Positions 1-9,208 of a stretch of DNA of 64,000 nucleotides are shown piece after piece. The notes beneath the pieces are model-generated. The model was not told the origin of the DNA, did no database searches, and saw only the letters and a list, made by a program, of their open reading frames with translations. Source of the stretch: Prorocentrum cordatum. Lineage: Eukaryota. The stretch covers positions 1-64,000 of the forward strand of contig CAUYUJ010000256.1 of the NCBI GenBank assembly GCA_963575745.1, in the 5' to 3' direction. The first letter of the stretch is position 1, and the number at the start of each line of letters is the position of its first letter. The position numbers and the translations under genes are program-made.

Positions 1-29
1 GCCCGCGTCGGCGCCGCCGCCGCAGCCAT
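1..29 (-). CDS. 5' end (MAAAAAPTR...) of another copy of the Rep-like gene, running off the left window edge
   Basis: Positions 1-~450 align with 8335-~8800. The ATG at 29-27 corresponds to the Rep ATG at 8363-8361. Confidence 0.75.
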
Positions 30-741
30 TCCCCCGCACGGCCGCGGCCCTGCGCGCCTGCGAGCCTGCGGGCCAGACGGCAGCGACGATGACGGCGGCG
101 GCGAGGGCGACCCGCGCCTGCGACCCCGCGCCCGCGACCCGCGCCAGCGACCCGCGCCAACGACCAGCGCCCGCGACCCGCGACCGCGATCCGCGCCCGC
201 GACCCCGGCGCGCGATCCCCGCCCGCGAACGGCGACAGCGACCCTCGCTTGCGACCCGCGCGACCGCGACCAACGCCCACGACCAGCGCCTGGCGACCCG
301 CGCCCGCGACCCGCTAAATTCCCGCAGGGGCGGGGGGGAGGGGGCGGAGGAGGGCCGGGGGGCGACGCCCCCCAGCGGCGCGCGAGCGCCCGCAGCCGCT
401 CACTGCTCGCGACGCGGCGCGAGACCGCGGGAACCCGCGCCCTCACCAGCGCCTTGCCGACCCGCGAGAACCAACCCGCGCCCGCGACCCAACGCCCCGC
501 AGGCTCGAAACGGTGGATGTGGGTGTACCCGCTCGTTGCGACTACGACCCCCGCCCCGAAACCTGCCCTGGGCGACCCGCCCGTCGACCTCTGGCGGCCC
601 GCGCCGTGGCGCGAGCCGCCTTGGTCTCGCCCGGACATCGCCTGACTTTAAAACCTCCCACCCCAGTGCCATTACCAGTGACTTACCAGTGAGACTTTAC
701 CAGTGACTTACCCCAGTGACTACTCCGCCCACTCTATAATT
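1..741. mobile_element. Right-hand end of an upstream unit (unit A) of the Rep+transposase tandem element
   Basis: Homologous to 8335-9026: Rep start, CGCGACC-rich tract and iteron arm. The sequence is noisier than the downstream copy. Confidence 0.8.
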
Positions 742-923
742 CACACACGGGGCACATGCGATCAATATAATTCCTCTTCTGATGCTAGAGAGAGAAATTT
801 GTGAGTGCCGCAAGCGCCCCGCCTGTCAATTTATAAGGTGGGCGAGGTAAGTCACTGGGTAAGTCACTGGTAAGTCACTGGTAAGTCACTGGTAAGGCAC
901 TGGGGTGGGGGGTAAGTCACTGG
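641..923. repeat. Large imperfect palindrome with inverted arrays of 11-bp CCAGTGACTTA repeats (junction of units A and B)
   Basis: Left arm ~641-741 (degenerate CCAGTGACTTA repeats), right arm 828-923 (TAAGTCACTGG repeats). The spacer is nearly identical to 9027-9112. Confidence 0.9.
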
Positions 924-1257
924 GGCCCGCGGGGGCCCTGCGGACCTGGCGGCCAAGGCCGACGAGGGCCCCGGCGGGCCCGGGCGGGCCTGGCGACGGC
1001 CCTCCCGGTGCCTCCCCTCATCCTTCCTCGGGCGACGCGCCTCGGGCTCCGCCTGGCTTCGTCGCTTCCCCCCCCCTGCCCCCGTCTGCCCCGGCCCGCG
1101 CGCGCGGGCTGAGTTTTCTGGCGGTGGCCCGCCTGGCACAGAAAACGGACCGGCCCCTCGCTCGTAGGAGGCGGGCCAGATCTCGTAGAACGGCCGCGGC
1201 GAGTTGCCCGCGGAGAAAACTGGAGCGCCCGCGCGCGCGGGCACGAGGGGCCCATTT

Positions 1258-2414
1258 CTAACCCTCGATCTGGCCGCCCTCGGCCGCCACCAGTCGCTGG
1301 CACCGCTTCTTCATGCCCCCGATGCTCTTGCTCACCATGTCCGAGGGAATGCTCTTGGCCGTGCGCTTGAGGCGCCGGATGAAAGCGGCGCGGGTCTCGC
1401 GCTTGCCCGCGGGGAACGCGCGCTCCCGCGCGCGCATGCGCGAGTTCACCTCCCGCCACAGCCAGTAGTCGCGCACGTTCAGCTGCGGACTGTGGGCAGG
1501 GATCTCGAACGCCTGGATGCCGGCGCGCTGCTTGGCGGCGACGCCCTTGCTGGCCTTGAAGCCGGACGGGTCGTTGTCCTCGAGGACGCGGAAGCGCTTC
1601 GTCCCAGGGTACTCCGCCTTGAGCGCCTTGAGAATCGGGCCCTCGTAGATCCGCGCGGCCTCGGAAGCATTCCAATTCCCCTGGATCTCCTCCCACACCA
1701 GCACCTTCCCGCTGCCCACGCCGGCCAAAATGTGCACCCCCTTCGCGCCCGTGTTGTACTTCAACTTCGGATTGGGCTTCACGTAGCCAGCGTTCAGGCC
1801 CTCGCCTGGGCGGCGGATGACGCCCCGCGTGCCCGACTGGGCCACGTGGCGACGCGCCCTGCCCGTGAGCAGGACGGGGAAGAACTTCACGTCGATGTGC
1901 ATATGCACGTGCGACTGCCACCACGACACGGGCTTCCCCTGGTACTTCTCCCCGAACTCGAGGCGGCCCTGGATGTCCTCGTCCGTCAGCAGGGGCTTGT
2001 GGCGCATGGCGTAGAAGCGGTACCCTTTCTCGTGGAGCCTGCGCGCAATGGTGGCCTCCGAGGCCTTGCACCGCGAACTGGTCTTTTGAGGAGACGGGGG
2101 GAGGGAGGGGGGGCAAGGGCAGCTGGGAGGGAAGAGAGAGGGGGGGAGTTTGGAGAGCGCCAGGTCACCTCGTACTCTCCGTTGGCCTTCTTGATCAACC
2201 TCTCCAGGTGGTTGATGAGATTGGCCACTTGAGCCTCGCTGAGGACATTCTTACGGCCAGTGGTCTTCTTCAGGAAGTTGTCCTTGATGAGGCGGGTGAT
2301 GGAGGACTTGTCGCGGTGCAGATTCGCCGCGATGTCGCTGGGCGCCATGTCGCCGTTGGTGTACCACTCCTGGGCCAAGCGAATCTCCTCCGCGGTCATC
2401 GGCGCCCCGGGCAT
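1258..2414 (-). CDS. IS630/Tc1/mariner superfamily transposase (DD35D), copy 1; interrupted by a G-rich stretch at ~2088-2157
   Basis: N-terminal HTH-like segments (MAPSDIAANLHRDKSSITRLIK; SEATIARRLHEKGY), then RHKPLLT and catalytic motifs HIDVKFF, VLEDND and HSPQLNVRDYWLW. About 363 aa when reconstructed with copy 2. Confidence 0.9.
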
Positions 2415-2569
2415 GGCTGGGCGGCGGGCGCGGCGCGCGGGGATACACGGCCGGGCGGGGCCGCGCACGCGGGTCTTAAAGGACGGATTGCTGCGCGGAT
2501 GCATCGGGACTCACATCAACTCGGGGCATTCGGAAAGTGAGCGCCTGGCACCGCCACCCCCTGCATTGC

Positions 2570-2860
2570 CCCGCTGGCTGCCGAATCTGCTGTGGGGTCG
2601 GCCGCCTCGTTGTTCGCATCGGTTGCTGCCTCGTCTGCTGCCTGGGTGGCTGCCTCGTCGCTTGCCTCGTTTGCTGCCTTGTTGGCTGCCTCGCTGGCTG
2701 CCTGGTTGGCTGCCTCGGTGTTTACCTTGTTTGCTGCCTCGTTTGCTGCCTTGTTGACTGCCTCGTTGGCAGCCTGCTAAGGTGCCTCGTGTGTTGCCGT
2801 GTCGACTGCCTCATTGGCTGCATCGTTGGCCATTTGGGCAACGACCTCGCAGGCTGCAGT
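2570..2860 (+). repeat. ~12-bp degenerate minisatellite (GCTGCCTCGTTG-like)
   Basis: Periodic (G)CTGCCTCGT units; also present at ~10830-11110. Confidence 0.75.
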
Positions 2861-3549
2861 GGCAACGAACTTTCCCTTTCACCTGGCCATGGTCCGTCCT
2901 ACTCTGTTCCTTCCCCAAACAATGCTTGTACCTCGGGGGTCTTACTTCTCCCCGAAATGCCTGGGCACGGTGGCTCGTTCGGCCGCCTCGTGGCGGCCTG
3001 TCACCGCCAGTCGCTGCCCGTCGCCGCCCATCGTTTGCTGAACATAGATTGCACCGCATAGATCGCTGACGCTGCAAGATGGATTGCACCACATCGAGTC
3101 CACCACAATAATTTGCTTAGCATAGCTTGCACCACATAGACTGCACCGCATAGATTGCACTACTGAGATTGCTCCGCATAGCTTACACCACACGCATGGA
3201 GTCCATGCTGGCTCTAATTCAATAGTCAATCGGCGCCCCCCTGTGCCCTCCTGTGGAGACGGAGACCGTCTCCGCACGATCCGCAGGAACGTATCGGCGC
3301 CGACGAACGCAAGGGTTCCTTCTAGAAACATCCAGCACCCCGAAAGTTCTAGGGGGAATGGGCGCCTGTGTTGCCACCCCTGGCCTATCCTCCGCACGAC
3401 CTTTCACCCCGCATCCCATAATCCTCGTCCCTCTGGCCCGTCCCCTCCCACTCCTCCTCCTCCTCCTCCTCCTCCTCCTCCTCCTCCTCCAGTTCCTCCT
3501 CCTCCTCCCCCTCCTGCTCCTCTGCCTCATCCTCATCCTCGCCCTCCAT

Positions 3550-3870
3550 CCTCTATCAACCCTCGATCATCCCCCGAACCTCCATTCTTGATGTAACGTC
3601 GAACCTCGATCCTCGATCCTCGAACGAACCTCGACCCTCAATCCTCGATCAAGCTCCAGTCTCGATCCTCGATCCCCCCTCACACCTCGACCTTCGATCG
3701 TCGATCGAACCTCCATCCGCGATCCTCCGTCAAACCTCGATCTCCGAAGGAATCTTAATCCTCGATCGTCAATCAAACCTCGGTCCTCGATCACGAATCC
3801 TTCGTCGCACCTCCATCCAAGATCCTCGCACGACCTTCCTCCTCCCCTCCACCTCGCATTCCACGATCCT
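3550..3870 (+). repeat. CCTCGAT-based short-period repeat flanked by (CCT)n tracts
   Basis: Many CCTCGAT(C) units; duplicated at ~11830-12150. Confidence 0.75.
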
Positions 3871-4676
3871 CGTACCCCTGCTCCAGTTCTCTCCACCTCC
3901 TCCTCCTCCTCCTCCTCCTCCTCCTCCTCCTGCTCCTCCTGCTCCTCCTCCTCCTCCTCCTCGTGCTCCTCCTCCTCCTCCTCCTCCTCCTCACTCTCAT
4001 CCTCGTCTCTGTCCTCGTTCCCGTGTCCTCGTCCTCGTCCTCATTATGCTCCTCTTCCTCCTCCTGCCCCTCCTGCTCTTCCGCCTCGTCTCACTCCTCC
4101 CCTCATCACTCCACTCACCTCCCTTGATGAGGCGTTGGGCGTAAGATGGAAACGTCGAAAGTGTTCAATCCCAAACGTACGGTGCGCGGTGGTCAGGTAC
4201 CCTTTCTATGCAATGCGATGTCTATAGAATGCCATGCAATGCCCAGCAATAGTTTGCCACGCGAGGTAATGACATGCAATGCCATTCAAAGCGATACGAT
4301 ACTATAAACTGTTCTGCTATATGTTGCAGTGTCGTGCCAAGCCCACCCATAAAATGCAATGCAACGCAATGCAATGCAATTTCATGAGGATGGAATTCTG
4401 ACGCAGTGGAGTGCGGGGGGAGGAGGAGCGATGGAAAGAAGCCCCCTCGCTCTGATCAGCATGACGGTGGCCGCCGGGAGCCCGACCACACCCTCCAGCA
4501 TACGTCGTCATCGTCGTCGTCATCGTCCTCGTCTCGTCCTTGTCCACGTCGTCGTGGTCGTCGTCGTCGTCGTCGTCGTTGTCGTCGTCTTCGCCGTCCC
4601 CGTCGCCGTAGCCGCCGCCCTCGCCATCGTCGCCGCCGTCGCCGTCGGAGGGTCAGGGCACGCGTCGGCCGAGCAA

Positions 4677-5455
4677 TGCCGAAAAGTGCCGAGGAATACC
4701 GAAGAGTGCCGAGGAGTGCCGGAAAATGCCGAGGAGTGCGGCGGAGTCCCGAAGAGTGCAGAAAAATGCAGAGGAGTGCCGAGGAGTGCCGAAAAGTGCC
4801 CAGGAGTGCCGAGGAGTCCGGAAGAGTGCCGAAGGATGCCGAGGAGTGCGGAGGAGTGCCGAAATGCCGAGGAGTGCGGAGGAGTGTCGAAAGGTGCCGG
4901 AGTGCGGCGGAGTGTCGAAGATTGCCGAGGAGCGCCGAAGAGTGCCGAGAAGCGCCGAAAATTGCAGAGGAGTGCCGAGGAGTGCCGAGGAGTGCCGAGG
5001 AGTGCCGAAGGAGTGGCGAACAGTGCCGAGGAGTGCGGCGGAGTCCCGAAGAGTGCGGAGGAGTGCCGAGGAGTGCCGAAAGTGCCGAGGAGTGCGGAGG
5101 AGTGTCGAAAGGTGCCGGAGTGCGGCGGAGTGTCGCAGATTGCCGAGGAGTGCCGAAGAGTGCCGAGAAGCGCCAAAAATTGCAGAGGAGTGCCGAGGAG
5201 TGCCGAGGAGTGCCGAGGAGTGCCGAAGGAGTGGCGAACAGTGCCGAGGAGTGCGGAGGAGTGTCGAAAGGTGCTGGAGTGCGGCGGAGTGCCGAGGAGT
5301 GCCGAAGAGTGCCGAAGAGTGCCGAGCAGTGCCGAAAAGTGCAGACAGGAGTGCCGAGGAATGCCGAGGAATGCCGAGGAGTGCCGAGGAGTCCGGAGGA
5401 GTGCCGAAAGATACCGAGGAGTGCGACGGACTGCCGAGGAGTGCTGAGGAGTGCG
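4677..5455 (+). repeat. 10-bp minisatellite (GAGTGCCGAG), followed by (GTC)n to ~5695
   Basis: Directly visible tandem GAGTGCCGA(G/A) units; these produce the spurious VPRSAEECRG ORFs. Confidence 0.9.
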
Positions 5456-5514
5456 TCGTCGTCGTCGTCGTCGTGGTCGTCGTCGTCGTCGTCGTGGTCG
5501 TGGTCGTCGTCGTT

Positions 5515-5546
<32 letters not shown>

Positions 5547-5553
5547 GGTCGTG

Positions 5554-5592
<39 letters not shown>

Positions 5593-5965
5593 CTCGTCGC
5601 CGCCGTCGCCGTCGTCGACGTGGTCGTCGTCGCCGTCGTCGTCGTCCTGGTCGTCGTCGTCGTCGCCGTCGTCGTCGTAGTCGCGGTCGCCGTCGACTCC
5701 CTGTTGCCCTGCACTCCTCCCCAAAGCGGACTGCTTGAAGAAACGCGAGTTCGTAGATCCGCTTTGTGCTCCCCTCTCCCTCCTTCCTGGCCCCCGCCCC
5801 TTTCATTCGCAACTGATGGCTGCTACGGCGTGCAATGACGATGATGCTGATCACGATGGTAATGATTTGGTGACAGTCATGAACACGAACACGAATCTTG
5901 AGCCAACGGCGCGGTTCGGCCTGCAGACGCGGGCCGTTATTTAACTTCTGCAATCTAAAATGTGT

Positions 5966-8363
5966 CTAACACCTCAATTGTGGCAACGGCGGCGCGGCAC
6001 TCGCAGACAGCACCCGTCTCTGTTGCAAGGGCAGCAAACTCGCCCACGACGGCAAGGCCGCCCAATCGTCCGCCGTTAGCTCCGAGACACTGGCCGCCCC
6101 CACGGCCAGGGCATCGTCGTGCAAGGCGTTCGCCACGTCATCGGGGATGGAAACGCGGCGCGTCAGGGCCAAGAGCCCCTCCACCCCTGCGGCCGCGGCG
6201 CCGCCGCCCGCGGAGCGGAGCTGCGGCGAGGGCTGCGGCGGGGCGGCCGGCGCCCCATTGGCGAACGCCGTGGCGGTGGCGACGAGCCACTTGCACCAGT
6301 TCTCCCGGCAGGGCGGCACGGTGCGCAGCTGCGCCTTGGTCAAGGGCACGCCGTCGGCCGTGAACTGCTCGAACCTGTTCTGCAAGTGAGCAATGTCCTC
6401 GGCGCTCACACCGCCGCGCGGCGTCCACAAGCCCTTCAACTTCGACGTCACCGCCATCCCCCGGGCCCAGCACGCGTCAGGGTTCCCATCGTGGAACCGC
6501 TGCGACACCTGCACTTCCATGCACTGCCCACTGAACAACTTCAACTGCGTTGAAACCGGGAGCGTGGGCCGACCGGTCGGCAAGGAGGCATACTCCACGC
6601 AAGAGAACTCGTCCAGGTACATGAACCTCTTGCCCGGCTTCGTCATGTTAGCCAACGGCATGTTCGCGCCAACGGCCGGCTTGTGGAGCACGTGCGTCTT
6701 CCCAAATACGACGTCGATGGGGTCCAACATCGTGCTCTTGCCAGTGTTGCTGGCCCCGGCGATCAGGGGCACCCGCGCCGTCTTGCTGGGCCCCTCGGCG
6801 ATCACCTTCGCCAGACAATGCGCCAGCTGGCCCTCGGGGACCATCGTGTTCCGGACGAAGAAGGACCGCGCCGCCTCCTGCCAGAGGCAGCGGCCGTCCG
6901 CACACTTGCACGACTCGCCAGCCACGCGGCAGATGACCTCCCAGTCGCTCTGGCGCTCCTCTGCCGCGGCCCGCGGGGCGTCGCTCCACTCCCTCGCCTC
7001 CGCGAGCAGAGTGACCAGCTGCCCCTGCCTTCGGGGGCGGGAGCGCACCGCCGCCGGGAGCCCAGGAGCCCCGATCCTCGGGGCCCCTGGAGACGCCTCG
7101 GAAGCCCTCGGGGGGGAAGCGGGCCATCTGGCAGAAGCAAAAACGCCCCGGGGACACGCCGCGAGGCCCCCCAGGGCCATGGCCGCAGAATCTGGCATAC
7201 AGTGGGGCCTGGGCGAGCGCGTTCCCGCTCCTGGCGCCTAGCTCCCACCCAGCGCTGGATCTCCGCACTGCCGTTCTCCTGCACGTGCGCCAACACGGCG
7301 CTCTTGGTCCACAGACCCTCGCTGATGACCAGCGCCTTGAAGTCGACATTCGTGAACCTGACCCGCTCCTTCTTGGACCCCGTCTCCTCGGCCACCTTGG
7401 CGGCCTGCTTCTCGGCCTCCTCCCGCCGTCTCTTGAGGGCTTTGGCGTTGAAGGGTTCCTGGCTGGCTTCGTACAGGTTCAAGGAGGTGCCCTGGCGCGA
7501 CCAGGCCAACGGCTCGTCGTCGACCTGGAGCTTTCGGGGCGTCGTAAAAACCCCGTACCGAACAGCGCTCCAGAACATGGTGTGCGTGGCGCTCCAGTGC
7601 GACGCCAACGCGGAGCGGGCTCGCAGGGCCAGCTTAAAGGGCAAGAACGACGCCTTGTTAGTCAAGCGCAGGGCCACGTGGAAGTGGCGCGGCTCCTCGA
7701 GGAACACCACCATCGACTCGACGCCGACGGGCTCGTTGAGGGGCCTGCCGCCCTTGCGAGACGACGCCGGGGGCGAAACTCGACAAAGGGGCTCCAGACA
7801 AATTACGTTTATCTCGCTGGGAACGGAATCCAAGGTCTCGCGGGCCCGGGGCGGCCAATCGTGGCGCAAAAATCGAACGTTGAAGCTTCCTGTCGAGCGT
7901 CTTCCTCCCAGCGCTGTCTAACCCTGGTCGACTGCACAGGGTTGGCCACGGCGTCCAGGATGGCGTCCCGGATCTGCTCTCGCGAGACTTCGTCTAAGGT
8001 CCTGAGGGCGGGTCCGCCGACGGCGGCCGCGGCCTCGGCGGTCCCTGGGAGCGTCGGCGCGAAGGTGACCAAGTAGACCCACTGCCGAACCTTCGCGTTC
8101 TCTGGGGCGCCCCAGTCTGGGCCAACGGGGCCGGCGGCCACCGCGGCCTGTGCGCCCTCCGGGGTCGACGCTTGCACTGCGGCGCGGAGGATCTCTCCGA
8201 CCTCCTCCCGCCTGTCGTCCAAGCCGTCAGGCTGCAAACCCAAGTGGGCCGCCAACCTGTGCCTGAAGGCCTTGACACTGATGGCCGCGAGCTCGACCCC
8301 CCGGAGCAGAGCCCTCGACGCCTCGTCCAGCTGCGCCCGCGTCGGCGCTGCCGCCGCAGCCAT
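5966..8363 (-). CDS. Three-exon rolling-circle replication initiator-like protein, ~672 aa: DEK-C-like domain, HUH endonuclease, superfamily 3 helicase, SAM-like C-terminus
   Basis: Predicted exons 8363-7923, 7752-7238 and 7028-5966 (2019 nt) join in frame. Intron 1 is GT-AG (7922-7753) and intron 2 is GC-AG (7237-7029). Motifs: VYLVTF (RCR I), RHFHVAL (HUH), VRYGVFTTPRK (candidate Tyr), GASNTGKS (Walker A), FMYLDEF (Walker B), AVTSK (motif C position), LQNRFEQF (Arg finger). Confidence 0.82.
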
Positions 8364-8439
8364 TCCCCCGAACGGCCGCGGCCCTGCGCGCCTGCGAGCC
8401 TGCGGGCCAGACGGCAGCGACGATGACGGCGGCAGCGAG

Positions 8440-8880
8440 GGCGACCCGCGCCTGCGACCCCGCGCCCGCGACCCGCGCCAGCGACCCTCGCCAACGACCG
8501 GCGCCCGCGACCCGCGACCGCGATCCGCGCCCGCGACCCCGGCGCGCGATCCCCGCCCGCGAACGGCGACAGCGACCCGCGCTTGCGACCCGCGCGACCG
8601 CGACCAACGCCCACGACCAGCGCCTGGCGACCCGCGCCCGCGACCCGCTCAGGGAGGGGGCGGAGGAGGGCCGGGGAACGACGCCCCCCGGCGGCGCGCG
8701 AGCGCCCGCAGCCGCTCGCGACACGCGCGACCGCGACCCGCGCCCGCGACCAGCGCCTGCCGACCCGCGACCCGCGCCCGCGACCAACGCCCGCAGCTCG
8801 AACCCAGAACCCGCGGGCGGCACGCGCCTGCGACCTACGACCCGCCCAGAACCTGCCCTGGGCGACCCGCCGGCGACCTG
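8440..8880 (+). repeat. GC-rich CGCGACC/CGACCCGCG short-repeat tract between the Rep start codon and the palindrome
   Basis: Dense recurrence of (C)GCGACC(C); homologous tract at ~105-580. Confidence 0.7.
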
Positions 8881-8930
8881 CTGGCGGCCCGCGCCCGTGG
8901 CGGCGAGCCGCCTTGGTCGCCGCGGACTCG

Positions 8931-9208
8931 CCAGTGACTTACCTCCCACCCCAGTGCCTTACCAGTGACTTACCAGTGACTTACCAGTGACTTACCCAGT
9001 GACTTACTCCGCCCACTCTATAAATTCACACACGGGGCACATGCGATCAATATAATTCCTCTTCTAATGCTAGAGAGAGAAATTCGTGAGTACCGCAAGC
9101 GCCCCGCCCGTCAATTTATAAGGTGGGCGAGGTAAGTCACTGGGTAAGTCACTGGTAAGTCACTGGTAAGTCACTGGTAAGGCACTCGGGTGGGAGGTAA
9201 GTCACTGG
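8931..9208. repeat. 278-bp imperfect palindrome with six 11-bp iteron-like repeats per arm (junction of units B and C); candidate origin or abutted terminal inverted repeats
   Basis: Arms 8931-9026 and 9113-9208 are reverse complements, with 5 mismatches in 96 bp by manual comparison. The 86-bp spacer also contains symmetric pairs (CGGGGC/GCCCCG, TGCG/CGCA, TCTA/TAGA). Confidence 0.93.

Larger units (their letters stand above)
828..9026 (-). mobile_element. Complete ~8.2-kb composite element (unit B): inverted ~96-bp ends, HUH-SF3 Rep-like gene and Tc1/mariner-type transposase
   Basis: 828-923 is a near-perfect reverse complement of 8931-9026. Both genes lie inside on the minus strand, and the whole block recurs with an ~8.3-kb period. 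Confidence 0.8.

Noticed and set aside
2088..2157. G-rich insert in transposase copy 1 as an intron or G-quadruplex switch
   Set aside because: It is absent from copy 2, replaces a few bases rather than inserting cleanly, and resembles base-calling noise (a similar patch occurs at ~9880-9945).
4359..5953. VPRSAEECRG-repeat ORFs in several frames
   Set aside because: A 10-bp minisatellite plus (GTC)n that is open in most frames, with no coding signature.
2520..5960. Capsid gene or Fanzor/TnpB nuclease as a third gene of the element
   Set aside because: No non-repetitive ORF with jelly-roll-like or RuvC/zinc-finger motifs is visible.
5966..8363. Helitron RepHel assignment
   Set aside because: The helicase is a compact SF3-type module (Walker A, Walker B, motif C and Arg finger within ~130 aa), not a PIF1-like SF1 helicase, and the unit has long inverted ends.
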